Shown here piece after piece: positions 18,155-27,131 of a stretch of DNA of 64,000 bases. The stretch's first letter is position 1; each line of letters opens with the position of its first letter. A model generated the notes under the pieces. That model was not told where the DNA came from. It saw only the letters and a program-made list of their open reading frames with translations, and did not search any database. A program made the translations under genes and the position numbers. Source of the DNA: a virus; IMG/VR virus record IMGVR_UViG_3300045988_119876, positions 1 to 64,000 of that record; one strand, 5' to 3'.

Positions 18155-18370
18155 ATGAAAGCTATAAAGAATTTGACTGTAACGGTTACTTACACAGTAG
18201 GATTAGAGGATATAGAAGTTCCAGAAGAAGTATATGATGATCTAATAGAAAACTACGATAACGGAGTGTGGGAAGCTCCTGAAGATTCTATTGCGGCTGA
18301 ATGGCTTGCTAATAACATCGTAGAAAAAGATGCGATGAATTGGAGTTATGAAATTGATGATTTAGAATAA
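18155..18370 (+). CDS. small highly acidic protein (71 aa)
   Basis: ORF track; D/E-rich. Confidence 0.45.
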   Translation: MKAIKNLTVTVTYTVGLEDIEVPEEVYDDLIENYDNGVWEAPEDSIAAEWLANNIVEKDAMNWSYEIDDLE

Positions 18371-18381
18371 CATAAAAAGAT

Positions 18382-18642
18382 ATGAGCAAATACAGAACAG
18401 AAGCCGGAATAGAATGTACTCCAGAAGAATGTAAGTTGATTGACTCTCTGAAACGACTTGCAAAAAAGTGGGAAAAGTATGGTAAGCGTCTTTGGCTTTA
18501 TAGTGCAAGTGGAACGCTACATGTAATGATGCATGGAGATACAGAAGATAATCCTGAACCGGAATTTGAAAAATTTGGTGGCAGTAATTACAACAATTCT
18601 ATAGATACTATAAATATTCCAAATGATGGCGGAGATTGGTAA
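18382..18642 (+). CDS. hypothetical protein (86 aa)
   Basis: ORF track. Confidence 0.45.
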   Translation: MSKYRTEAGIECTPEECKLIDSLKRLAKKWEKYGKRLWLYSASGTLHVMMHGDTEDNPEPEFEKFGGSNYNNSIDTINIPNDGGDW

Positions 18643-18665
18643 TAATATAAAAAAAATAGCGAATC

Positions 18666-19086
18666 ATGATAACGAAAGAACAAGTTAAAGAAATATTGAC
18701 AAAAAAATCCGGCAGGAATTACAAAAGAAGAGTTGAAATTTGTTTTTGGCATATTCTGCTTATCAATCAAAGAATATGAAAAATCAGAACATAATCTTTG
18801 GTTTGAAGTACATTTCGAACGCATATACATCGCTCAAATTCGATATGGTATAAAAGGTGGGATGTTTTTTAGTAACGAATATGTAAATATGGGAGATGGA
18901 TGTCATGGAGTAACAATGGGAACAGCGAATAATACAGTCGATCTATTAAAAATATTCATCAATATGTTTTACGACAATTTATTGAAACAAGCCAACTATG
19001 CTCCTTTATATAACGAAGAGACATCTCAATTCGAATCCCCTGAACAAGCTCAAGAATATTTGGAATATGTTCAATCTATGCTGTAA
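18666..19086 (+). CDS. hypothetical protein, probably one gene interrupted by a +1 frameshift at A7 run 18701-18707
   Basis: ATG 18666 frame-0 ORF stops after 37 codons; frame +1 continues from the A-run as the 117-aa ORF 18733..19086 (PAGITKEELKFVFG echoes N-terminal ITKEQVKEIL). Confidence 0.4.
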
Positions 19087-19099
19087 AATTTAAAAAGAA

Positions 19100-19429
19100 A
19101 TGAAACGAGAAGATATTGAAAAAGCAGCAAAAGATTATACCATAGGTAAAACACATTTTAGGCGAAACGTTCTCAAAGAAGTGGATGCAGACGATTATGT
19201 TTTACGCAAGGATAATTGCTGTGAAGACTTCATGGCGGGTGCAGAATGGCGCATTAACAGCGTGTGGTACGATGCAAGAGAAAAGCCAGACAAAGGGAAG
19301 CTGCTCATTGTGGAGGATATTGACGGTGCTTATGATTTGGTCTATTCAACCAAGAGCAAGCCATGGGAAGAACTTTCGGAAAAGAATCATTATATGCGCT
19401 GGGCATATGTTGAAGATTTGATACCTTAA
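19100..19429 (+). CDS. hypothetical protein (109 aa)
   Basis: ORF track. Confidence 0.5.
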   Translation: MKREDIEKAAKDYTIGKTHFRRNVLKEVDADDYVLRKDNCCEDFMAGAEWRINSVWYDAREKPDKGKLLIVEDIDGAYDLVYSTKSKPWEELSEKNHYMRWAYVEDLIP

Positions 19430-19445
19430 AAACAAGATAAACAAT

Positions 19446-19850
19446 ATGGAAAGCGAAAAGAAGAAAATATGTCCCAAATGCGGCTGCGAAGATGGGTCGG
19501 GGCAAAATAATATACATAGCATGAATCCCGAACATTTTTGCAAATGTCCTATACGGTCTATTATGGAACGAGATGGAGTTTGCTACTCTTGTGCGTTTTG
19601 GATCAGGCTATATGAAGAGAATAAGAATAATCCCAATTGGTTGATTATAGATGGAGAATCATGGATAGCTAATCCGTTTGTTCCCAATACAAACAACAAA
19701 ACGCGAAGATTCATGGGTATGGGAGGAAGAATGTTAGAAGCTATTTCAAATGATGGGAGAAAAATCATTTCCAATGATTGGTGGCATCAAGGGAAAATCC
19801 CAGAAGAATTTAAGGATTTAATACCTGATAATGCCAAATGGGTAAAATGA
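19446..19850 (+). CDS. Cys-rich zinc-binding protein, dispersed paralog A (134 aa)
   Basis: colinear similarity to 39691..40179 (CPKCG...MExxGxCYxCxFW...DGESW...DLxPDNAxW). Confidence 0.55.
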   Translation: MESEKKKICPKCGCEDGSGQNNIHSMNPEHFCKCPIRSIMERDGVCYSCAFWIRLYEENKNNPNWLIIDGESWIANPFVPNTNNKTRRFMGMGGRMLEAISNDGRKIISNDWWHQGKIPEEFKDLIPDNAKWVK

Positions 19851-19874
19851 GTTAAGAAGAAAATATGAAAGGTT

Positions 19875-20090
19875 ATGACCGACAGAGAACTTCTCGAAGA
19901 AAACAATAAGATGTTAAAGGAAATTCTAAGTTTTGTGAGAAAAGTTGATTCTGTTGAATACAGGGATCATCAAGACTTTATGGAATTTCTGAGGAATGTG
20001 GCAGCCGATATATGGGTGGAATATACGGAGCCTAAACAAAGAAGTAAGTTGTTTAATTTAATGAATAAAAAAAATGAAAACAGTTTTTGA
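19875..20090 (+). CDS. hypothetical protein (71 aa)
   Basis: ORF track. Confidence 0.45.
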   Translation: MTDRELLEENNKMLKEILSFVRKVDSVEYRDHQDFMEFLRNVAADIWVEYTEPKQRSKLFNLMNKKNENSF

Positions 20091-20742
20091 TTTAAGCAGA
20101 GATGAGATTGTGTCATTGACATGCAAAGAGATATATCTGTATATAGACAAAGAGCTTGCTGGTAAAGGTATTCCAATTGAAGCTAAAAACTGGAATATAA
20201 AGAACAAAAAAGAAGTTGTGTATCCAAGAACGGGAGTTCCAGTATTTATGTTAAAAGATATCGGCATCGGTTTTAGAACCATAGAAGGTGCAACTGAGGT
20301 GGCTAATTTGCTTGTTAAATATAATGCATTTAAAATAGAATCAAGGTTTCTGACAGGCTCGTATGAACAATTTTGGATCATAGAGGAAAGTGTTTGCCCA
20401 GCTATTAAAGGGGAAGCGGGGTATAGCAAGGAAGAGTTTGATAAAGTAAACAAGGGAAACAAAGATCCAGAATTGGAAAGTGCAAATTCCTTCAATGATA
20501 CTGTGAAAAAAGCCAATGAAATTAAAGACAGGGTATTGAAATACGTGTACAACATAAAACAAGAACGTTCATACAACAATGACCTGGTTGGTATCTTTGA
20601 AAGGTATAAAGATATAGCAGACGGTGACATGGAAGTAGCTATGAATTTTATTAAGGAAGCCTATCCATTCAATGAAGAAACAGAGTCGTTTATCAGAAAA
20701 AAGTTTGACATGCCTATACCGGACGAATCAAAAGAGCCGTAA
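20074..20742 (+). CDS. hypothetical protein (222 aa)
   Basis: ORF track. Confidence 0.5.
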   Translation: MKTVFDLSRDEIVSLTCKEIYLYIDKELAGKGIPIEAKNWNIKNKKEVVYPRTGVPVFMLKDIGIGFRTIEGATEVANLLVKYNAFKIESRFLTGSYEQFWIIEESVCPAIKGEAGYSKEEFDKVNKGNKDPELESANSFNDTVKKANEIKDRVLKYVYNIKQERSYNNDLVGIFERYKDIADGDMEVAMNFIKEAYPFNEETESFIRKKFDMPIPDESKEP

Positions 20743-20817
20743 TTAAGCTAAATTAAATCATTTTGAATCTTTTTTATTATCAAAAGACATATCTTTGTCC
20801 AAAAAAAAACAAACAGA

Positions 20818-21072
20818 ATGGAAGAAAAAGAGATAAAAGAAGCTATGATTGAAGCCCTGACGCACTTAGAGGGGTGTAAGTATTTCGTAGCCACGATAGT
20901 AAATGAAGAGGAAAGAAGATTTGATATGAGCCTAAGAATGTCACAGCATCAATTGGCGTTAATTATAAAAGGTATCTTATCTAATAATGAGATGATGATG
21001 ATGGATGTTTTGCAGTGGTGTTCTGAAAGATTTAAAAACAGTATAGAAAAAGGAAAGAAATCAACTAATTAA
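20818..21072 (+). CDS. hypothetical protein (84 aa)
   Basis: ORF track; follows 75-nt AT-rich gap. Confidence 0.45.
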   Translation: MEEKEIKEAMIEALTHLEGCKYFVATIVNEEERRFDMSLRMSQHQLALIIKGILSNNEMMMMDVLQWCSERFKNSIEKGKKSTN

Positions 21073-21083
21073 ATATTAATACA

Positions 21084-21542
21084 ATGAATCGCTGGTTTGA
21101 AATTACGGTAAAAGCCGAGATTGATAATATCGAGAACGGCAAAAAAAAGAAAGTAACTGAAAAGTATTTAGTGGATGCCTTGTCTTATACAGAGGCAGAA
21201 TCAAGATCGTTGGAAATCTTCAAGGATTTGTACAAATCTTTCGAGGTTGTAAAAATTAATCCTATTAAAGTGTCGGAAATCTTCTTCAACGGAGAAGCTG
21301 AGTACTGGTATAAGTGTAAGGTGAATTACATTACACTGAATGAAAAGAAAGGTAAAGAAAAGAAAACGCCATGCTATATGTATGTCCAGGCCGGCAATCC
21401 GAAAGACGCTGAGGCTGTGTTGACTAAAGGTATGCAGGGCACGTTAGGAGACTGGAATTGTGAGTCTATTGCAGAAACGAAAATCATTGAAGTGTTTAAA
21501 TACGATCTGCAAAAAGGCGTAGAAAAGAAAACTGATGAGTGA
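21084..21542 (+). CDS. hypothetical protein (152 aa)
   Basis: ORF track. Confidence 0.5.
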   Translation: MNRWFEITVKAEIDNIENGKKKKVTEKYLVDALSYTEAESRSLEIFKDLYKSFEVVKINPIKVSEIFFNGEAEYWYKCKVNYITLNEKKGKEKKTPCYMYVQAGNPKDAEAVLTKGMQGTLGDWNCESIAETKIIEVFKYDLQKGVEKKTDE

Positions 21543-21765
21543 TGTTGTTTCCCGTGTAGCACTTGCGACGGCAATTGTATTATTGGTAGTAGCAGGTGCT
21601 ATTTTGCTGATAGTGATTAAGACAGAAGAGGTACCGAGATGGTTAATGAACTTACCATATACGTTATCTTTAACGGCAGTATCCTTTTCAATTATATCAC
21701 TTGTATTGAAATATAGAGAGTGGAAAAGAAATTGTACGTCTGCGAAAGATGCGGACGAAAAGTGA
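21535..21765 (+). CDS. small membrane protein, two predicted TM helices (76 aa)
   Basis: hydrophobic segments VALATAIVLLVVAGAILLIVI and LSLTAVSFSIISLVL, charged C-terminus. Confidence 0.45.
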   Translation: MSDVVSRVALATAIVLLVVAGAILLIVIKTEEVPRWLMNLPYTLSLTAVSFSIISLVLKYREWKRNCTSAKDADEK

Positions 21766-22238
21766 TGATAAGAAGTCATGGCTTATGCCAGGCTTGCAGG
21801 AGTAAAGAGTTGACTCCGAAGAAAAAAGACAGAATTACATCCATTAAAAACAGCAGCAAGAAGAAAAAGTTAGAGAACCCGGATTTATCCGGGTTTTTTC
21901 GTCTTATGCTGGAAGAGTTAAATAATAGTCGGATGTCTATGACCGGTAAGGCTATTCATTTTCCTACAGTATGTAACGTCTGTCACATACTTCCGAAAAG
22001 GATATATAAGTCGGTTGCTACTTGCAGGGATAATATAGTTTTCCTTCATGAATCGGAGCATACGGTATTCGACATGTATCTTGACCGGATGGAATTTGAT
22101 AAACTTGAAACAGAATTTCCTTTTGTGTGGAAGTATGCGGTAAAGAAGGTACTGGATATGGAAAGCAGAGGAATGATCAAGGAAAGAGGTAGGTTGATTA
22201 TTGAAATAATTGATAGGTATGATAGAAGAAAAGATTAA
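21720..22238 (+). CDS. zinc-ribbon protein with possible HNH-like motif (172 aa)
   Basis: CERCG...CQAC at N-terminus; CNVCH...DNIVFLHESEH further in. Confidence 0.45.
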   Translation: MEKKLYVCERCGRKVMIRSHGLCQACRSKELTPKKKDRITSIKNSSKKKKLENPDLSGFFRLMLEELNNSRMSMTGKAIHFPTVCNVCHILPKRIYKSVATCRDNIVFLHESEHTVFDMYLDRMEFDKLETEFPFVWKYAVKKVLDMESRGMIKERGRLIIEIIDRYDRRKD

Positions 22239-23538
22239 AATATTAACAGATTTAGGGTTTGTCCCTATGGTGGAAGGAGTAGAAAATACGTTGTTTAGAA
22301 TGAACGATGTTGTGATGTCGGTGTCAGATCCTAATCAAACACCGGAGCAATTGAGAAAGGAAGTTATGTCTTTAATAAAAAACAAAGACATAGCAGAAAG
22401 AGGCGGACAGGTTCCAGTAGTTAAAGAGCCGGCGCCTGAGCCAGAGCAGGCCCAGAAGGAGGAACCGGAAGCTCCGGCGGAGGAAGCAGATCCTAACCCT
22501 GGAGAGGAAGATTCGAATCCGTTTACAGAAAATCAGGAAACATTAGAGCCGTTTTATATCTGTGATGAGTTAAAGAAGATTGAGACTCCCAAATTCGTAA
22601 GATTGACATTAGACGATAATCGTTTTTATGTAAGGAAGATGGATGATGGGACGGCCAAGATATATGCTTCAGTAACAACTTTAATCAAAGATGGGTATGT
22701 AGATGATAAGACCGCACTTCAGGAATGGAAGCAAGAGATGAAGATGCTTGGTCGCAATCCGGAAGAGGTGGCGCAGTATGAAGCTGATAAGGGAACGATC
22801 ATGCACTACTTATACGGATTGTACCTAACAGGTAGAGATATGGTCTTAAATCGAAGTTTTATAGTTAAGACCGTACAAGAAGGTAAGCTGAAGATATCGA
22901 AGAAAAATCTTGACCGATTCTTTAACAGCATAGATGATCTTGACGATATGATTGTCAGAGTTATGAAGTTTGCCAAATTTTGTTCGGAGTATAAGGTTAA
23001 GCCGATGATGATTGAAAGAATATTGTCATTAGAGGACTATTTGGTAGCTACGCCGATAGATGCGATGGTTAAAATGACATTCAAATACAAAGAAGAAGGT
23101 TATTTTGGAGCCGTGTATCAAAGGGCCACAGGGCAGTTCAAAAAAGGTGATCCGAAGAAGGAGGTAAGAGACGTGGAGAAGGAAGAAGTGGTTATTCTCG
23201 ACTTTAAATCAGGGGGAATATGGGAATCATACGCATTTCAATTAGAAGCTGAAAGAAGAATGGTTAAAGCATGGTATGGGATTGATGCACGTATTATGAA
23301 CTTTTCTCCAAAAAGCACGAGCAGCAAAGGATATACGTTGAAAGAATGGACAGAAGACAGTATAGCACTTGAAAAGGCGGACTGCGTGTTCCAACAAGGT
23401 ATGTTGAATCACCTTAGAAAAGATAAGAAGTTCAAAGTGAGAAAAGGAGTGCTGAATATCAATAAGCCGTACAATGAAGAGGATCATACGGTCGTGTATG
23501 ATATTGCAGAGGAAATGTCTAAAAGATTTATAATATGA
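22210..23538 (+). CDS. PD-(D/E)XK family nuclease (RecB/Cas4-like), with Pro/Glu-rich linker
   Basis: GTIMHYLYG, ATPIDAMV, EVVILDFKSGG, YAFQLEAERR in the order of PDDEXK motifs. Confidence 0.55.
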   Translation: MIGMIEEKIKILTDLGFVPMVEGVENTLFRMNDVVMSVSDPNQTPEQLRKEVMSLIKNKDIAERGGQVPVVKEPAPEPEQAQKEEPEAPAEEADPNPGEEDSNPFTENQETLEPFYICDELKKIETPKFVRLTLDDNRFYVRKMDDGTAKIYASVTTLIKDGYVDDKTALQEWKQEMKMLGRNPEEVAQYEADKGTIMHYLYGLYLTGRDMVLNRSFIVKTVQEGKLKISKKNLDRFFNSIDDLDDMIVRVMKFAKFCSEYKVKPMMIERILSLEDYLVATPIDAMVKMTFKYKEEGYFGAVYQRATGQFKKGDPKKEVRDVEKEEVVILDFKSGGIWESYAFQLEAERRMVKAWYGIDARIMNFSPKSTSSKGYTLKEWTEDSIALEKADCVFQQGMLNHLRKDKKFKVRKGVLNINKPYNEEDHTVVYDIAEEMSKRFII

Positions 23539-23548
23539 GGAATTAAAA

Positions 23549-24562
23549 ATGCTTGATTTCAGAAGATACGAAAACGTACCCCGGTTTCAACTTGACCGCA
23601 GACCTGGCAGGAGCCGACTGAAGCTAACCTGCCCGGCTTGCGGGAAAAGCCGGTGCCTTACCCCTTATATTGATGTGGCGACCGGTCAGGTCGTTGGCAA
23701 TGAGTTTGGAAGATGCGACCATGAACGAACTTGCGGTTATGATAAACGACCTACCGGCAAGGATGTAGGTGACAAAGATCTTTGGATTTCGGGAAATAAG
23801 TGCATAAGAGCTTATCGTCCTCCTGTAAATCCTGACGTTGTAAATTACATACCTTTTAGCGAGTTTGAGAGGACTGTAGTTCCAGACGATAGAAACACCG
23901 TATTTAGATTTTTATCGTCTCTATGGGGAAAAGAAAGGGTATCTGACGTATTTAGAAGGTATCATGTTGGAACAATGGACTTATGGGGATGGAAAGGGTG
24001 TTGTATATTCTGGCAGATAGATAAGGACTTTGTATGCAGAACCGGCAAGATTATGGATTTTTATATAAAGACCGACAGCCAGGGGAATGAGATTGATGTA
24101 AAAAGAGTGAAGGAAAAAGACGGTGACAATGAGCGACCTCATGTCATGTTTTATCACTCGTTGCATGCAAGAGACTTCTTGTTTAGACAATGCCTGTTCG
24201 GAGAGCATCTTCTAAGCCAGTATCCGGATAAGGTGGTTAATCTGGTGGAATCAGAAAAGACGGCTATTATATGCGCTGTGAATAAACCAGATGAGTTATT
24301 TGTAGCTACCGGTGGGTTGCAGAATCTAAGACCGGAAGTGATAGATGTTTTAAAAGATAGAAAGACCGTAGCTTTTCCGGACAAAGGACAAGCATTTGAG
24401 ACATGGAGTAAAAAGATAGATGGGATGATGATGAAGTCAAGGATAAAAGTATCGGACTATCTTCAAAATGTTGAAAATGTAGGAGACGGAGATGATGTGG
24501 CAGATTTGATAATCAATAACAAGGTAAAAGAAAAATATTATGAGCCTGGACGTTTATATTAA
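23549..24562 (+). CDS. putative DNA primase (N-terminal zinc ribbon CPACG...CDHERTCGY plus TOPRIM-like ESEKTAI...ATGG...PDKG)
   Basis: motif arrangement resembling DnaG-type primases; sits next to the DnaB-like helicase. Confidence 0.55.
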   Translation: MLDFRRYENVPRFQLDRRPGRSRLKLTCPACGKSRCLTPYIDVATGQVVGNEFGRCDHERTCGYDKRPTGKDVGDKDLWISGNKCIRAYRPPVNPDVVNYIPFSEFERTVVPDDRNTVFRFLSSLWGKERVSDVFRRYHVGTMDLWGWKGCCIFWQIDKDFVCRTGKIMDFYIKTDSQGNEIDVKRVKEKDGDNERPHVMFYHSLHARDFLFRQCLFGEHLLSQYPDKVVNLVESEKTAIICAVNKPDELFVATGGLQNLRPEVIDVLKDRKTVAFPDKGQAFETWSKKIDGMMMKSRIKVSDYLQNVENVGDGDDVADLIINNKVKEKYYEPGRLY

Positions 24563-24893
24563 AAGTAAGAAGAAAGAAGAGGATCGTGAATGGGTTGCAA
24601 ACATCACCCACAACATGAACAAGATGGCACAAAGGATATTCGTATCGGAAAATAAAGAAACGCTGTACGATTATGTTTGGAGACCAGAAGAATTGTATAA
24701 AGAAATATATACCAATGAGATGAAGAATGTACTTACAAAAGGTATATGTATTATGATCTCTAAGAGAAAAAGTCTTTTGAGATACGAGCCGGAAAACGGA
24801 TGGGGGTCTTATGATTCATTTCTTAAGTTTCTTATCGAATACAAAGAGGCGTGTGAAGATCATCCGGGTTATATAATTGAAGCAAGTAGATAA
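24540..24893 (+). CDS. hypothetical protein (117 aa)
   Basis: ORF track. Confidence 0.45.
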   Translation: MSLDVYIKSKKKEEDREWVANITHNMNKMAQRIFVSENKETLYDYVWRPEELYKEIYTNEMKNVLTKGICIMISKRKSLLRYEPENGWGSYDSFLKFLIEYKEACEDHPGYIIEASR

Positions 24894-25155
24894 TAATATG
24901 GAAAATTATAAAAACACTTTAAATGAGGTAGTGGTGATCGAATCGTCACCAGAAACGTATTTTGTTTACGCTATTCGTAATGCTATTCGTATCTCTAAAT
25001 GTGCGTATCCGACAGCCAAGAAAGTAATTTTCAAAAGAGAGGACGTAGAGGTAGAGATCTCAGAAATGGAAACTGAAAGCAGTTTGTATGAAAAGTTTAA
25101 AGAAAAACAAAAGAATAGGGTATGGAACTTAATGAGCGCCAACAACGGGTTTTAA
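24877..25155 (+). CDS. hypothetical protein (92 aa)
   Basis: ORF track. Confidence 0.45.
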   Translation: MKQVDNNMENYKNTLNEVVVIESSPETYFVYAIRNAIRISKCAYPTAKKVIFKREDVEVEISEMETESSLYEKFKEKQKNRVWNLMSANNGF

Positions 25156-25688
25156 GAGGCGAAATTTGTCCTTATTGCGGAAGAGAAACCGAGTTGATCA
25201 ATGCCGATAAAATATATAGCAGAAAAGGCTTAGGGATGGTTATGATGTGCAAACCATGCAACGCTTATGTCGGTGTTCATGAATCAGGGCCGAATAAGGG
25301 AAAAGCTAAAGGCCGGCTTGCGGGGCCATCACTGAGGTCTCTTAAGATAAGAGTCCATGCCGAACTTGACAGACTATGGTCTACGCCGGAGGAACGGGAA
25401 AGGATGTATAAAGATTTATCTGAATTTCTCGCTATACCAGAAGAGTACACACATATAGGTATGTTCGGCGAGAAGACGATGGGAAAAGTCTTTCAGTTCT
25501 GTCATGTAAACAAAGAACGATCAGGTTCGAGAATAGAATGGCATAAACCTGGAGATAAGTGCCCTAATAAGAACAATCAAATAGTGTCAGGCAGTAGCGC
25601 ATGCAGAGGATGCCCTGAGTATCTCCATGATGAGAAAGATGGGTATGTCTGGTGTGATCCCGATATGAGCTACGGCAGGTTGAAATAG
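25122..25688 (+). CDS. zinc-ribbon protein (CPYCG...CKPC; 188 aa)
   Basis: ORF track; CxxC pairs. Confidence 0.5.
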   Translation: MELNERQQRVLRGEICPYCGRETELINADKIYSRKGLGMVMMCKPCNAYVGVHESGPNKGKAKGRLAGPSLRSLKIRVHAELDRLWSTPEERERMYKDLSEFLAIPEEYTHIGMFGEKTMGKVFQFCHVNKERSGSRIEWHKPGDKCPNKNNQIVSGSSACRGCPEYLHDEKDGYVWCDPDMSYGRLK

Positions 25689-25741
25689 GACGCGAATTAC
25701 CTATCTTTGTGCTATTATTCATCAAAAAAAAATATAAGCAC

Positions 25742-26020
25742 ATGGGTAGATCGACAGAGTACTACAGGACTCATCCTGAAGCCAGGAAGAAAAAGGCTAA
25801 AAAGGACAAGGAGATAAATGCCAGACCGGAACAGAAAGCCAAACGCCGGGAGCTTGGTCGTAAAAACTACGAAACGGACAAGAAGAAAGGCAAAAGCTGG
25901 AGGAAAGGCAAAGATTGTTCTCATACCAAAAACGGTCTTAGGTATAAATCAGTAAAAGCTAATAGGGGATCCAAATCGGATACAAAAGGTGACAAAAATG
26001 CACGAGGAGATAGCAAATAG
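25742..26020 (+). CDS. small highly basic Lys/Arg-rich protein (92 aa from ATG 25742)
   Basis: MGRSTEYYRTHPEARKKKAKKDKE...; very high pI suggests nucleic-acid binding. Confidence 0.45.
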   Translation: MGRSTEYYRTHPEARKKKAKKDKEINARPEQKAKRRELGRKNYETDKKKGKSWRKGKDCSHTKNGLRYKSVKANRGSKSDTKGDKNARGDSK

Positions 26021-27116
26021 GATAGATATAAGAAGGATATTCAAAACCTCTAAACAGGTTATGGAAGAGGCGTATGAGAATATCTTAAAATACAGGCGGG
26101 GAGAGCTTATCCCCGCTAAAACCGGATACGATTATATTGATGAGGCTTTGCTTGGAGGTATTTTCCCTCAGCATGCTATTGCCATAGGAGCCCGCCCGTC
26201 TGTAGGTAAATCGTATGTGGCCCAAAAGATATTGGAAAATGTGATGAATCCGATGATCAACCCGCAAGCAGAAGATTATTTTCTTGTCAATTGCGAGTTC
26301 GAAATGAATCCTCAAGATCTTCTTCTTCGCAGAATGAGCCAGGATATGAAAAAACGGGCTCCTGAAATATTAAGAAGGCAAGATTCTAATACAGTAGAAG
26401 AGATGAGGATGTTTGAAATCCTTCAAGGTGAAATCAGAAATAATATAATATACATCGACGCTCCGTGTACGGTAAAAGAGTTTGAGGCGGCTGTATATCA
26501 TATAGCTACTAAGCATAAAGACAAACGTCTTATAATATTTAAAGTCGATCATATTGCTTTGATAAAAAGAATGGGATTGGATCCTAAGTCGGCTATAGAT
26601 GATTTGGTGGCGGTTATGAACGAGGCTAAATTAGTATATAAAAACATATTTTTCCTCATCATATCCCAATTCAACAGAGAGATAGAAGGAAGGATAAAAA
26701 GCCCTCAAGAGCAGCCTCCCCGTCTTTCTGACTTTTATCAGTCTGATACGCTGGGGCAACTATGTACGTTAATGATAGGTTTGCATAATCCTCGCAGATA
26801 CGGGCTGGACAAGTATATGATATTTGGGAAAGACTGGTATCAGACTCTTGACCGGTTTAAAACTGAAAACAAAACATCATTCAGGACAGCCGGACTGGTG
26901 TTTCATCATATACTGAAGGTAAGGCAAGTTAGTATGGAAGAGCTTACTAATACAATCCACCCAGAGATCCTGCCGGGGCATGGATGGATGTACGGGGAGG
27001 GAGGGACGAAGTTCGTGAACCCCAACCAGCCGCCGACGCCGCCTAAGCTCTATACTGTGGAAGACGTTACGGACAATCAGGAACAAGAGACAAAAGAAGA
27101 ACAGTCATTGTATTAA
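25989..27116 (+). CDS. DnaB-family replicative helicase (RecA-like core; Walker A GARPSVGKS, Walker B IIFKVDHIALI)
   Basis: motif pattern and size typical of the DnaB C-terminal domain. Confidence 0.7.
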   Translation: MTKMHEEIANRIDIRRIFKTSKQVMEEAYENILKYRRGELIPAKTGYDYIDEALLGGIFPQHAIAIGARPSVGKSYVAQKILENVMNPMINPQAEDYFLVNCEFEMNPQDLLLRRMSQDMKKRAPEILRRQDSNTVEEMRMFEILQGEIRNNIIYIDAPCTVKEFEAAVYHIATKHKDKRLIIFKVDHIALIKRMGLDPKSAIDDLVAVMNEAKLVYKNIFFLIISQFNREIEGRIKSPQEQPPRLSDFYQSDTLGQLCTLMIGLHNPRRYGLDKYMIFGKDWYQTLDRFKTENKTSFRTAGLVFHHILKVRQVSMEELTNTIHPEILPGHGWMYGEGGTKFVNPNQPPTPPKLYTVEDVTDNQEQETKEEQSLY

Positions 27117-27131
27117 AAAAAAATAAGAACC

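Noticed and set aside
21535-21765. Two-TM 76-aa protein considered as a holin
   Set aside because: The topology fits a class II holin, but it sits in the middle of the early/replication block with no adjacent endolysin, so I list it only as a small membrane protein.
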